DNA of 64,000 nt from an uncultured Acidimicrobiia bacterium (GCA_963834375.1 CAWIBM010000004.1:277150-341149), one strand, 5' to 3'. Counted from the stretch's first letter, positions 46,628-58,347 are shown. Translations and numbers: made by a program. Notes: generated from the sequence alone by a model not told the origin.

Positions 46628-48062
46628 ACGGCCGGCGCTTCGGCAATCACCGCGCTGCTGGCGACGGCCCTGGTGGTGTCCGCCTGTGGAGACGACGAGC
46701 CCCCGGACGTCGACGCCGCCCAGCAGCAGTTCTGCTCGGACGTCCAGGAGTACGTCGAGGCACTCGACACCTACGGCGGGCTCTTCGCCGATGTCGAGCT
46801 CACCGTTGGCGAGGTCAAGAGCGCCGCCGAGGACCTCGAGCCCGCCCGGGAGGCGGTGGTGGCATCGGCCGAGGAGTTCCAGCAGGCGGTCGAGGCGGAC
46901 AGCACCGAAGGGGTGACCATCGAGCTCGTCGATCCGGAGACGATGGAGGTCGTCGAGCAGGCGGAGGCGGCCTTCGCCGACGCCGTCGACGGGATCAACG
47001 ACCGGACGCTGGTCACCGAGGCCGCGGTTTCGTTCACATCGGCGGCGTACTCGCTCCAGGTGGCATGGGTGCGTGCCTTCGCCGACGCCGGATGCATCGA
47101 GGACGAGGATGCGGCTCAGGCGAGCCAGTGGGTGGCCGACTACGTGGAAGCCCTCCAGACCGATCTCCGGACCCTCGGGTACTACTCAGGGTCGATCGAC
47201 GGGATCTACGGGCCGAAGACGGTCGCCGCCGTCGAGGAGCTCCAGGAGGCCAACGACCTCCCCGTCACCGGGCTACCCGACCCGGCGACCCAGGCCGCCA
47301 TCCAGGCGGCGCTCGACGGCGCCGCCTCGGCGCAGGTCGCCGCCCTCCAGGGGATCCTGGTCACCCTGGGCTACTTCCCCGGCCCGATCGACGGCCAGTG
47401 GTCGCCCCAGCTCGAAGAGGCGCTGAAGGCGTTCCAGACCGACCTCGGGGTGTCCCCGACGGGGACGATCGACGCGGAGACGCTGCGGGCCTTCGAGGAG
47501 GCGCTCGCCGAGGGAGGCGAGCCTCCACCTCCGCCACCGGCGACGGAGGCCCCGCCACCTGACGAACCGGATACCACCCGACCCCCCGCCCCGACCACCA
47601 CCGCGGCCGAAGCACCCACGACGACCGCACCGGCGCCGCCGACCACGGCGCGCCCGACCCCGGAGGGCAGCATCCTCGACGTGCTCGCCGACGCCGGGCA
47701 GTTCACCGAGCTGCTGGCGGCGATCGACGCCGCCGGGCTCACCGACCGGTTGAACGGGTCCGGGCCCTTCACGCTGTTCGCCCCCACCGACGACGCCTTC
47801 AGCAGGCTGGAGACCCCGCTACCGGAGGATCCTGCCGAGCTCGAAGCGATCCTCCTCCACCATGTCGTCGAAGAGGAGCTGTCCGCCTTCGAGCTCCTCG
47901 ACGTGTCCTCGGTCGACCTCGGCCGGGGGCGGGTCGATCCCGGTCTCCGTCGAGCAGGGGCTGCTCGTCCTGGACGGGGCGTCGACGGTGACCATCACCA
48001 ACGTGCTCGGCGGCAACGGGCTCGCCCACGCGGTCGACACCGTGCTGTCCCCCGGCGGGTGA
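46624..48062 (+). CDS. Lipoprotein with two peptidoglycan-binding domains, Pro/Thr linker and fasciclin domain, frameshifted
   Basis: VSAC lipobox, LQ..LGYY.GSIDGIYGPKT, DGQWSP..AFQ, GPFTLFAPTDDAF, NGLAHAVDTVL. Confidence 0.85.
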
Positions 48063-48081
48063 GCTGCGGCGTGCGCCGCGC

Positions 48082-49449
48082 TCAGCCGGGTGGAGGGAGT
48101 ACCCAGCCGTCGGGCAGTGACGGGGCGGCCAGGTCGACGTCGGGGTCGATGAGACGAGCGTGGGGGCGACCGTTGAAGCTGAGGAAGGCGTCCGCCCTCA
48201 CCTCGACGCCGCCACCATGGGCGGCGGCGATCCACGTCGCCGCCTGCCGGATCATCGCCGGGTCGGTCGCCGCCACCACCGCCTGACGGGGGGTGAGCGC
48301 CGCCGGCATCGGCTCGACCGCGAGCGCTCCGGTGGCCGGGTCGGTGACCCGGAACTGGACCGAGCCCGCCTTCTCGGTGAGCATCACCCGCCACGAGAAC
48401 AGGTAGCCGTCGCCCGACCACAGGACGTCGCCCGGGGCCGCCAGGTGCCGGAGGGGAACCACCGCCATCAGGGCGAGGTAGGCGGCCACGGCGACCACGG
48501 CGACCGGCGGGATCGCCGGACCGCGCTCCCCGGCCGGCGCCATCGTTGCCACCGCCGTGGCGGAACCGGAGCGGCCAGTCCGGGTCGAAGAACACCAGCG
48601 TCCCGCCGATCATCAGCCACGGGAACAGCCCGATCGACGGGAACAGCAGCCAGGTGAGCAGATGGAAGGCCACCACGGCCGCGTAGGCCCACGGCCGGGA
48701 TCGGCGCCAGAGCAGCCAGCCGACGATGGTCAGGTCGAACAAGCGCCCCGGCCCAGCTCATCAGCAACGCCACGCCGGGGAGCGTCAGCAGCGGCCCGAT
48801 CACCGGCAGCGAGGCCCGGGCGGGAAGCCACGTCGCCAGCGGCTGGGCGTGCACCAGCCAATCGACGCCCACCTTGGCCATCCCGGCGAACAGGTAGACC
48901 ATGGCCAGCTGGGTGCGCAGCAGCCAGACCACCGAGGCCGGGACCGTCTGCCCCGCCGGCGCCGCCGTCCGGCCTCCCCGGCCCGCCCGGCCCGGGCGTC
49001 GAGCGACCACATCCGGTGCAGCGGGAGGAACACCATCAGCGCCGGCGGTCAGCGACACCCAGTAGTAGTGGTTGAGGTACAGGGTGCGGTCGATCAGCTC
49101 GACCCAGGTGAACAGGACGGCGTACGCCGCCACGCTCCACCGGTACCGCCATCCGAGGGCGATGCCCAGCGCTGCCAGCCCCATGACGGCGAAGTGCAGG
49201 TACATCCATCCGCCCGGCCAGGGTCGCACCCAACCAGCCCCGGGTAGGTGAAGTGGAGCGGTAGGGTCGAGCAGCAGCTCGATCGATCCATCCGTTGGCG
49301 GCGTAGCGCAGCCACCCCAGCAGGGCGATCGCCCCGAAGGCGATCCGGAAGACTGCGGCGGAGGCGGCGCTGACCGGGAAGGGGCATGGTCGTCTCTCCA
49401 GCGGGCGGGCGGCCTGGTGACGCCGAGCTGGTGCCGGGATCGCCGTCAC
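48082..49449 (-). CDS. HTTM domain / vitamin K-dependent gamma-carboxylase-like protein, frameshifted
   Basis: AVFRIAFG, YLNHYY, VYLFAGMAK, IGLFPW, FSWRVMLTEK, SFNGRP..LIDPDVDL. Confidence 0.88.
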
Positions 49450-50518
49450 CCGCTGTCCCCGTCGGTGTCACTGAAGCCGACGGTGATGTCGAGCAGAGAG
49501 GCCACATCGGTCTCGAAGGTGCGGCGCAACTCCACCAGGGCGTCGTAGAGGGCGGCCGCCTGGTCCGGGGACTCGGCGAGAGCCGGCGTCAACGGCGAGC
49601 CGAGCGAGTCCAGCGCCCCGGGCGGCGGTGAGGTCGGCGCGGACGGCGGCGTCGACTTCGGCCGATCGCTCGGCCACCAGGTCACCGAGGCCGGGGTGTC
49701 TCGCCGGGAGGGTCGTAGACGGCGGCGATACCGGCGAGCCGGGCGGCGAGCACGTCGCCGGCGGCGCCGGCGGGCCTTCGTTCAGGGCCTCGGGGAGCGG
49801 CTCCTCCCTGGTTCTGCCCGAGCGCCAGGCCGAGGCCCTGGACGGTGGCATTCGACAGGATGGCGTCGATGCCGGCCGGACCAGCTCGGCGAGGGCGTCG
49901 TTGGCGTCCATCGCCGCCGTCGGCCCGACCGGCGAGGGTGTCGGCGTAGGGGGCGCCGCCGTTCCAGCTTTCGGTCCAGGCGAGTTCGGCGGCACCGGCG
50001 GTCCCGTCGGCGGCGCCATCGGTGACCGCCAGTCAGCAGCTCGCAACGCCCCGGGGCGGTGACCGCGGCCGGATCGTCCGAGGCGAACAGCAGGTACTCG
50101 GCGGTTCCGAGGCCGCGGACGACCGAGGCCAGGTCGGCGGCGTCGAACTGCTCGCCTTCGACCATGCCCGTCGAGCAGCTGCTCGATCTCCTCGACGTCG
50201 ACCGCCGGGTAGTGGACCAGCTGTCGATCCGGTCCATCTTCACCGGCCCCTCCCAGGCGGCCTCGGTGCGTTCCACGCCACCACCGCCTCCGACCACGCG
50301 TGCGGGCGGTGTCGAGGGTCGCCTGCCCAGGGGCGGCGCACAGGCCGGCCGAGCGCCGCGAGGTCGGCGGTGGCGGCGGCGGCGGCGGTAAATCCGGGCA
50401 CCAGGACGTCGTCGACCATCGCCTCAACCGCGTCACCCCGGTCGGTACCCGGCGAGCACGCCGCCCGCGATGCCACCACCACGAGGCAACGGAGCGCCCA
50501 GCTGGATCGCAGGCTCAC
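49446..50518 (-). CDS. Imelysin family lipoprotein (second), heavily frameshifted
   Basis: RGLGTAEYLLF and C-terminal LDITVGFSDTDGD. Confidence 0.75.
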
Positions 50519-50644
50519 AATGACCCGGTTCGCAGGCTCACGGTGACCCGGGTTCGCAGGCTCACAATGACTCCGGTTCGCAGGCTCACAATGACCCGGT
50601 TCGAAGAGCTCACAGACCCGGTTCGCCAGGCTCACAGTGACTCC
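50507..50644. repeat. Six tandem copies of a 22-24 bp unit TCGCAGGCTCACAATGACCCGGT
   Basis: Copies begin near 50507, 50530, 50554, 50578, 50601 and 50623. No spacers. Confidence 0.9.
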
Positions 50645-52037
50645 AGGAAGGCGACACTGCGGCCCGGTCGGCTGCGCCGAGGGCAGTGAAGCCGGCCCTG
50701 GGCGACGGCCGCCTCGCCGCCGTGCCACAGCACCGCCTCCTCGAGGTTGCGGGCCCGGCCGTCGTGGAGGAACGTGGTGTGGCCGTTGACGGTCTCCACC
50801 AACCCGATCCCCCACAGCGGGGGGTTCGCCACTCCGAGCCGGTGGCGAGGAAGTCGGGTCGTCCCGTCGGCCAGCCCCGGGCCCATGTCGTGGAGGAGCA
50901 GGTCGGTGTACGGGTGGATCTCCTGGCCGGAGAGCTGGCTGACCGGGTGGTCCCCGGTGAGCAGGGTGGCGATGTGGCAGGCCGTGCACCCGATGGTGGC
51001 GAAGAGCTCGGCGCCCCGCTCGACCTCGGGGTCGTCGACCCCCCGGCGGGCCGGGACGGCCAGCGTCTGCGAGTAGAACTCCATGTCGTCCATGCGGTCT
51101 GCGGGGATCTCGGGCGATCCCCCGGTCGGTGCGTCGAGGCAGGCCATCGCCGGTGTGGGGCAATACTCGTCGGGGTGCTCGTCGCTGGTGATGCCGATGT
51201 CGCCGGCGAAGGCACCGGCCACCTGGTCGCGCACCGTGGCCACATTGGCCTTCCACCCGAACCGCCCGATCTCGGCCGGCTCGTCGGGACCGGCGGTCAC
51301 GTAGTTGGGGCGGCCGGACACCCCGTCGCCATCGGCATCATCGGGATCGGCGAGCTCGAGGATCGGCGGCCTCGGGCATCGCCTCGAGCAACCCCATGCC
51401 GATCATCTGCGGCGCCACCCGCGGCGAGGTGAGCGTGGCGGCGTCGAGCGGTGCCGTAGGCGAGGTCGGTCAAGCTCGTACAGCGGCTCGCTCAGGGTGT
51501 AGGTGGTGCCGTCGGCGTACGTCCCCTCGATCTCGCAGTGGGTGATCCGCGCGATGCCCTCTGCGGCTCGACGTCGGAGATGGCCCGGTCCTGCAGTTGG
51601 TCTCCGTACAGCGGGCTCGGGCAGAGGGGCGCCCCAGGCCGTCTCGCCCGGGTACCGACAGCCGCACCAGCAGCCCCCGCTCGGGATCCTCTGGCGAATG
51701 CGGCGGGCGACCCCGCCCGTCGCCGACGTGGCACGAGAGCACAGGCCTGGGCATTGAGCAGACGGCCCCAGCCCGTCCCGGGCCTCGGTCGAGGACGGGC
51801 GCGGTCACCCAGTTCTGGGTGAAGAAGCTGTCGCCCACCTCGAACACCCTCCGCTCACGGGCGGTGAGACCGGGGATCGGCTGCCCGAAGGCGTTCCGGG
51901 TGGCGAACGCCACCGTGGCGTCGCCACCCGAAGCCGGCGTCGAGCAACTCAGCATCGGCTCCGCCACAGGCGGCGACGCCGCCAAGGGCGGCCAAGCCCA
52001 GAGCCACTGCCGCCAGCCGTGTCCGGGCCTGCGTCAC
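50632..52037 (-). CDS. Di-heme oxidoreductase (DHOR) family protein, frameshifted
   Basis: FEVGDSFFTQNWV, GRFGWKA, CTACH, PYTDLLLHDMG, LHDGRARNLEEAVLWHGGEA. Confidence 0.9.
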
Positions 52038-53196
52038 CCGGCCCCGAGCTGGATCCCGAGAGCGGTCGGCGGCGGCGGCGATGAGCTCCGCCTGGGCCTG
52101 GAGACGACTCGATCGTGGCGAGGATCGACTGGCGACCCGGGTCGTCGTCGGGCACGTCGATGCCGAGGTGCTGGTCGAACGGCGCCGGTATCGCCTCGGC
52201 GAGGGCCGTGCTCTCCTCCACCGCCGCCACCAGCTCCTCCGAGAGGGGCTCGTCGGTGCCGGCGAGCAGGTCGGCCAGCCCGGGCCCGGACACGTCGCCA
52301 TAGTCGCCGTTGACCACGGCGCCGATCCCGGAGGCGTTGGCCACGATGTCGGAAGTGGTGTTGTCCGAGAAGCAGGAGTGCTCGTCCTCCTGGCTCCGCT
52401 CCTCATAGGCCACCGACATCCGCTCCCCGGCCAGCTCACCGCTGCTCAGCTCGCCCACGCCGGTGAAGATCATCGCCAGCGCCTCGGCCGGGTCGAGGGC
52501 CACGAACTCGCTGCGGTAATTGCCGCCTCGTCGGGGGCCCAGGCGGCCACCAGGCCGTCCAGGTGCTCGAGCGAGCAGGTCGGAGGCGGTGGAGAGGTAG
52601 GCGGCGCGACGGTCGGCGTTCGGGCTGGTGGTGTAGTCCTCGACCGGCCGCGCCCCCGGCCCGTCGGCGCTCAGGTCCTGGCCCCACAGGAGGAACTCGA
52701 TGGCGTGCCACCCGGTGGACACGTTGGCCTCGCCACCCTGCTCGTTGGCCGCCACCAGGGTGTCGGCGTCGATGGTCGGGTGCTCGTCCGTGTTGTTGAC
52801 GATGCCCGCCTCGGGGTCACCATCCACGTAGTCGATGTAGGCCTCGTCGAGCGGCCAGGCGTTGACCAGGCCCTCGACGCCGGTCTCCTCGTTGTCGATG
52901 GGCCCGCCGTAGAACCGGAACGCCTCGGTGGGGCCGTAGTCGTCCCGGGCGGTCAGCCAGGCCTGCTTGGCGGCGTCCAAGGTCTCGGTGGTCGGGTCGG
53001 CGACGAAGGCGTCGATCGCCTCGTCCATCGCCTGTGCCGACTCCAGGCTGGCGGAGTACATGGCGTACACGCCTTCTGCGTAGGCATCCACCACGTCCTG
53101 CTCGGACACGTCGTCTTCACCGCCGCCGCAGCCGCCGAGCACCACCCCGACCACCAGTGCCGCCGCCGCGGTCCGCTTCCGAACACGTGCACCCAT
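52034..53196 (-). CDS. Imelysin family iron-uptake lipoprotein (IrpA-like), frameshifted
   Basis: LGGC lipobox, YGPTEAFRFYGGPID, NAWPLDE, TGWHAIEFLLWGQD, EDEHSCFSDNT. Confidence 0.92.
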
Positions 53197-53204
53197 TCGT
53201 CGAC

Positions 53205-53236
53205 TCTCCCTAACTCTCTGTGTTAGGGAGACCTTA
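53205..53236. promoter_or_regulatory. 10-bp inverted repeat covering the imelysin RBS, overlapping an IdeR/DtxR-like box
   Basis: TCTCCCTAAC-N7-GTTAGGGAGA, and TTAGG-GAGA-CCTTA resembling the TTAGG-N4-CCTAA core. Confidence 0.55.
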
Positions 53237-53327
53237 TTTCCACTACGTCGGTGGTGCAAAAAGCCTGACCACCCTCGCACCTGCCGGCCCGGGTACCCTC
53301 TGGCCCGGTCGCCGACCCGGAGGATGC

Positions 53328-53858
53328 ATGTCGAAGTTCACCGATGCGCTCAACGAACAGCTCGCCAACGAGTTCGCCGCCAGCCAGCAGTACATCGCCA
53401 TCGCCGTCTACTACGACGGCGAGACGCTTCCCCAGCTCGCCTCCCACTTCTACCGGCAGGCGGTGGAGGAGCGCAACCACGCCATGATCATCACCCAGTA
53501 CCTCCTCGACGCCCAGAAGCCGGTGACCATCCCGTCGGTGGCCGCACCCCGGACCGAGTTCGCCGACCTCCTGGAGCCGGTCAGGATGGCGCTCGAGCAG
53601 GAGCAGGACGTCACCCGGCAGATCGAGGAGCTGGCCCAGCTCGCCCGGGCCGAGGGCGACCTGGTCGGCGAGCAGTTCCTCGCCTGGTTCCTCAAGGAGC
53701 AGCTCGAGGAGATGGCGGCGATGGCCGACCTGCTCACCACGGTCGAGCGCGCCCTCGACTCCAGCATCCTGCTCGCCGAGGACTACCTGGCACGCGAGGG
53801 GATGGGCGACGGGGGCCGCAGCAAGGGCAGCCCGCCGGCCGCCGGCGGCCTGCTCTGA
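53328..53858 (+). CDS. Ferritin (BfrB-like)
   Basis: EFAASQQY, QAVEERNHAM, EQEQDVT, FLKEQLEE ferroxidase residues. Confidence 0.92.
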   Translation: MSKFTDALNEQLANEFAASQQYIAIAVYYDGETLPQLASHFYRQAVEERNHAMIITQYLLDAQKPVTIPSVAAPRTEFADLLEPVRMALEQEQDVTRQIEELAQLARAEGDLVGEQFLAWFLKEQLEEMAAMADLLTTVERALDSSILLAEDYLAREGMGDGGRSKGSPPAAGGLL

Positions 53859-53860
53859 CC

Positions 53861-54465
53861 ATGGCGCCCCCGGACCCCAAGGCGACGCTGCACCGCTATC
53901 TGCGGGTCGCAGCGAGACCAGCTGGTCGCCAAGCTGGACGGCCTCGGGGAAGGCGACATCCGCCGGCCGATGACGCCGACCGGCACCAACCTGCTGGGAC
54001 TGGTCAAGCACGTCGCCAGCGTCCAGATCGGGTACTTCGGCGAGGTGTTCGATCGACCGCATGGGCTTGCGCTGCCCTGGTTCGAAGACGACGCCGAGGT
54101 CAACGCCGACATGTGGGCGACCGCCGACGAGACCCGCGAGGAGATCCTCGAGCTCCACCGGATCTCCGCTCGGCACAGCGACGCCACCATCGAGGCGCTC
54201 GACCTCGACTCCCCCGGGCTGGTGCCCTGGTGGGGGCCGGACCGGCAGCACGTGACCCTGCACCAGATCCTCGTCCACGTGAGCGTCGAGACCGCCCGCC
54301 ACGCCGGTCACGCCGACATCATCCGGGAGATGATCGACGGCTCTGCGGGGAACAAGGACGGCAACCTCCCCGAGCATGACCGCCGCCGAGTGGGCCGCCT
54401 ACCGGGAGCGACTGGAGCGGGCCGCCGAGGAGGCTGCTGCCCGGGGCTCCGATCCTGGGCAGTAA
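53861..54465 (+). CDS. DinB family protein (DUF664-like), frameshifted
   Basis: TPTGTNLLGLVKH and ETARHAGHADIIRE. Confidence 0.9.
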
Positions 54466-54488
54466 TCCCTGACCTTCGCCCGCCTCGG

Positions 54489-55448
54489 TCAGCCGTCGAC
54501 GTCGGGCACGTCGACCTCGCCACTGCCGACCCCACGAGCGGCGATCCGGGAAGGTCCGAGAAGGGCGTCCTCGCGGCCATAGTGGCCGACCACGTCGAAC
54601 CAGCGCTTGGCGCGCAGTCCGAGGCGAAGGTCGCAGTCGGCGACGACGATCCCCTCGGCGTCGTAGAGCGGACCGGCGATGACCTCGCCGTCGGTGGGCT
54701 CGATGATCGCCGCACCCCCGCGGCCGAACTCGTCTTGGCCTTCAGGGAGCGCCACAGGGAAGTCGGCGGGGAAAGCCGACGCCGGTATGTACTGGGCCAC
54801 GGAGACGACGAAGGCACCGGACTCGATGGCGATGTGCCGCATCGAGGCGAGCCACCCATCACTGTCGTCGGCGGTGGGTGCCAGCCAGATCTGCGGGCCG
54901 CCGCGGTAGAGGGCGTACCGGGCCAGCGGCATCCGGTTCTCCCAACAGATGAGGCCGCCGAGCCGGCCCACCGCGGTGTCGACGACCTCGAGGTCGTCAC
55001 CACCGCCAACCCCGTGGAACAGCCGCTCCTGCATGGTGGGCATCAGCTTGCGATGCTTGTGGAGCAGCCCGCCCGGGCCGATGACGAGCATCGTGTTGTA
55101 CAGCGATCCGGGTCTATCCACCTCGCGCTCGTTGACCCCGATGGCGCAGTGGATGTCGAGCTCGCGGCATCGGGCGGTCAACTTCTCGGTGAGCGGGCCG
55201 GGCACGTCCACCGAGTTGGCCCACAGACGCGCCCACAGCTCGTCCCAACCGTTGAAGGAGCCTGCGTCGTGGGCCCACGCACCGCTCGGGTAGAGCGGGA
55301 CGAAGGTCTCCGGCAGCACCGCCAGCTGCGCGCCCTGGGAGGCGGCGTCGCCCAGCAGGCTGCATGCCTTGTCGATCGTCGCCTCGGCGTCGAGGATCAC
55401 CGGGGTGGCCTGGATCGCCGCCACCCTGACCGTGTCGAAGTGCACCAT
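54489..55448 (-). CDS. Nitrilase (carbon-nitrogen hydrolase family)
   Basis: LPET, HRKLMPT and CWEN catalytic triad motifs. Confidence 0.92.
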   Translation of the reverse strand: MVHFDTVRVAAIQATPVILDAEATIDKACSLLGDAASQGAQLAVLPETFVPLYPSGAWAHDAGSFNGWDELWARLWANSVDVPGPLTEKLTARCRELDIHCAIGVNEREVDRPGSLYNTMLVIGPGGLLHKHRKLMPTMQERLFHGVGGGDDLEVVDTAVGRLGGLICWENRMPLARYALYRGGPQIWLAPTADDSDGWLASMRHIAIESGAFVVSVAQYIPASAFPADFPVALPEGQDEFGRGGAAIIEPTDGEVIAGPLYDAEGIVVADCDLRLGLRAKRWFDVVGHYGREDALLGPSRIAARGVGSGEVDVPDVDG

Positions 55449-55544
55449 GGCGTCGAGGATACGCCGATAGCGTGCTGGCCGAAATCGGCCCGGGCGGGAC
55501 GCGGCCCATCGATGGGTTGGGGCCGCATCTGCGGGAATATCCAG

Positions 55545-55617
55545 TGGGCGTTGACGGGCTCGAACCGCCGACCTCTTCCTTGTAAGGGAAGCGCTCTTCC
55601 AGCTGAGCTAAACGCCC
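55545..55617 (-). tRNA. tRNA-Val (TAC)
   Basis: 73-nt cloverleaf GGGCGTT..CTTCC-CT-TAC-AA-GGAAG..GGTTCGAGCC..AACGCCC-A. CCA not encoded. Confidence 0.96.
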
Positions 55618-55695
55618 GGGGACGCACGGAACTCTAGAAGAGGCCGATGCGCATGCCTGCGTGGGTATCCCGTCCGGCGGGCCATACTGCCGGCG

Positions 55696-57160
55696 ATGGC
55701 CCCCCTGACCGCCCGCCTCCTCGTGTTCTTCACCGCGGCGGCGGTGCTGGTGATGGAGATCCTGGCGGGCCGTCTCCTCGCCCCGTACGTAGGGGTCACG
55801 TTGGAGACCTTCACCGGGATCATCGGCACCGTGCTCGCCGGGATCTCGCTGGGGGCGTGGGCCGGGGGACGGCTCGCCGACCGCCACCCGCCGGTGCGCC
55901 TGCTGGGCCCGGCGCTCGTCGTCGGCGGGCTGTTCGTGCTGCTCGCCCCGACCATCGTCGCCGCCGTTGGGCCGTCGCTCACCGGCGGCGGGCCGGTGGA
56001 GATCGTGGTCCTGGCCGCCCTGGGCTTCTTCGCCCCCGCGGTGGTGCTCAGCACGGTGACCCCGATCGTGGCCAAGATCACCCTCGACGACCTCGCCGAG
56101 ACCGGAGCCGTGGTCGGCGGCCTGTCCGCCACCGGTACCGCCGGCGCCATCTTCGGCACCTTCCTCACCGGGTTCGTGCTGCTCGCCGCATTGCCCAGCC
56201 GGCCGATCGTGCTGGCGGTCGGCGTCGCCCTGGTGATCGTGGGGACGATCCTCGCCGTCCGCTCCGCCAAGCTGGCGCCTCCCGGGGTCGCGGCCGTGGT
56301 GGCGGCGACGCTGGTCGGGGCGGCCCTGCTCGGGATCGTGTCTGGGCCGTGCCAGTTCGAGACCGGGTACTTCTGCGCCCGCGTCACCACCGACGAGCTC
56401 CGGGAGAGCGGCCGGGTGCTGTGGTTGGACACCCTGCGCCACTCCTACGTCGACCTGCTCGACCCCAGCCTACCTCGACTTCCGCTATGCCCGGCTGGTG
56501 GCGGACACCGTGCTCACCACCGCACCCGATGGTCCCCTCGACGCCCTCTACATCGGGGGCGGCGGGTTCACCCTCCCCCGCTGGCTGTCCGCCGAGCGGC
56601 CCGGGAGCACCAACACCGTGCTCGAGCTCGATCCCAGCCTGGTCGACATCGCCGAGGACGAGCTCGGGCTGGTCGCCGCCGAGATCGACGAGATCGCCAT
56701 CGGCGATGCCCGCCTCGGCATCGACGACACCCCGGAAGGGGCGTTCGAGGTCGTGGTGGGAGATGCCTTCGGCGGGCTGTCGGTGCCATGGCATCTCACC
56801 ACCCGCGAGTTCCTCGAGGACATCGACTCCCGGCTGGCACCCGGAGGGCTCTACGTGATGAACCTGATCGACTACCCGCCGTTCCGCTTCGCCAGGGCGG
56901 AAGCGGCAACGCTCGCCGAGGTGTTCCCCGAAGTGCTGGTGCTGGCCCCGCCGGACTACCTGGACGGGAGGGCCGGGGGCAACGTCGTGCTCGCCGCCGG
57001 GGCGGCACCCTTCGATGTCGCCTCCATCGAAGCCGCCATCGCCGACCGGGCCGGCTCCGAGGTGGCCCTCACCGGCGCCGACGCCGCCGAGTGGATCGAC
57101 GGCTCCCCGATCCTCACCGACGACTTCGCCCCGGTCGACCAGTGGATCAGCCGGGGCTGA
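55696..57160 (+). CDS. Fused membrane/spermidine synthase-like methyltransferase, frameshifted
   Basis: EILAGRLLAPYVG TM domain, YIGGGGFTLP, LELDP, VVGDAF..VPWHLTTREF, ILTDDFAPVD. Confidence 0.9.
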
Positions 57161-57883
57161 GCCGGTCCAGCCAGTCCATCAGGACGTCACGGAACGCCTC
57201 GTACCGGTTGCGGTGGATCGAGTGCTCCCCGCCCGGGATCATCACGTAGTCGACTGCCGGGCAACCTGGCGGCCGCCTCGCCGTCCGCCGCGCTCGACCA
57301 GGGCCCCGACCGCAGGGTCGGCGCCGATGAGCAGCGTCGGGATCCCCAGCTCGGCGAGCCACGGGCGGGTATCGATCGAGCCGATCGCCCCCAGCGTCCT
57401 GCCGACCACCTCAGGTCCCGCTTGGCGCAGCGCCTCCACCTTGGCGGCGACGTCCCCGGGCCCCCAGCCGGGATGGCGGGCGGCAATGGTCGCCACGTCG
57501 ACCGTGCCGGCGAAGTCCTCGAGCAGCCATCCCCGCACCTGCTCGGAATCGGCCAGCACCAGCGCCGGGTCCTCGAGCACCAGCGCCGTGGTCCAGTCGG
57601 GGTCGGCCGCTTGGCAGGCGACGGCCACCAGCCCGCCCAGCGAGTGTCCGAGCACCACGTCCCAGCCGGAGCCGAGGGCGAGGATGTCGTCGCGGTAGGC
57701 ATCGAGCCGGTGGTCGTCCACCGGCGGCGATTCCCCGTGAGCCCGCAGGTCGGGCGCCGTCACCGCGTACCCGGCGGCGGTGAGGTCGGGGCCGAGCCGC
57801 CACCACCCGTTGGCGTTCGACAGGATGCCGTGGATGAGCAGCATCCGGCGCTCGCCGCTGCCGAAGCCACGTTCCGGGCTCAT
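57147..57883 (-). CDS. Alpha/beta hydrolase, frameshifted
   Basis: LLIHG, DLRAHGES, GHSLGG, GGEHSIH. Confidence 0.9.
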
Positions 57884-58347
57884 GCCGTCCCGCGGGTCCT
57901 CACCATGATGCAGGCGTTGACCACGGCGGTCAGGTCGTTGGCGGCGATGAAACGCTCGACCTCCGGGTCCTCGGCGCCGGGTTGGACCCAGACGTTGTCG
58001 AGATCGAGAGCGACCACCTGCTCCAAAACCTTCATCGTCTGGTCGGGTGGCACCACGATGTCGATGACCGTGGGGTGGACCGGCAGCGAAGCCAGGTCGG
58101 GGTAGGCAGGGTCACCGTCGACGGTGGACCGGCGGAGGTTCACCGGGTAGACGGTGTATCCCTTCGCCTTCAGGTCCCGGTAGATGACCGAGCCGTACTT
58201 GGCCGGGTTGTCAGTGGCGCCGACCACGGCGACGGAGGCGCCCGGTTCGGAGAGCAGTGCGACGAGATCGGCCACGGTGCACGGTAGCGCCACCCGGGTG
58301 GGTTCCCGGGTGGCGCTACCACCGACCGCAGCGGATCGGTCGGTCAC
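57880..58347 (-). CDS. CoA-binding protein (YccU-like)
   Basis: VAVVGATDNPAK, VYPVN, VWVQPG, NACI. Confidence 0.9.
   Translation of the reverse strand: MTDRSAAVGGSATREPTRVALPCTVADLVALLSEPGASVAVVGATDNPAKYGSVIYRDLKAKGYTVYPVNLRRSTVDGDPAYPDLASLPVHPTVIDIVVPPDQTMKVLEQVVALDLDNVWVQPGAEDPEVERFIAANDLTAVVNACIMVRTRGTA

Noticed and set aside
50507-50644. CRISPR array
   Set aside because: Units are head-to-tail with no unique spacers, and there are no cas genes.
55545-55617. tRNA-Val as an integration site for an island
   Set aside because: No integrase and no duplicated tRNA 3' end seen in the window.
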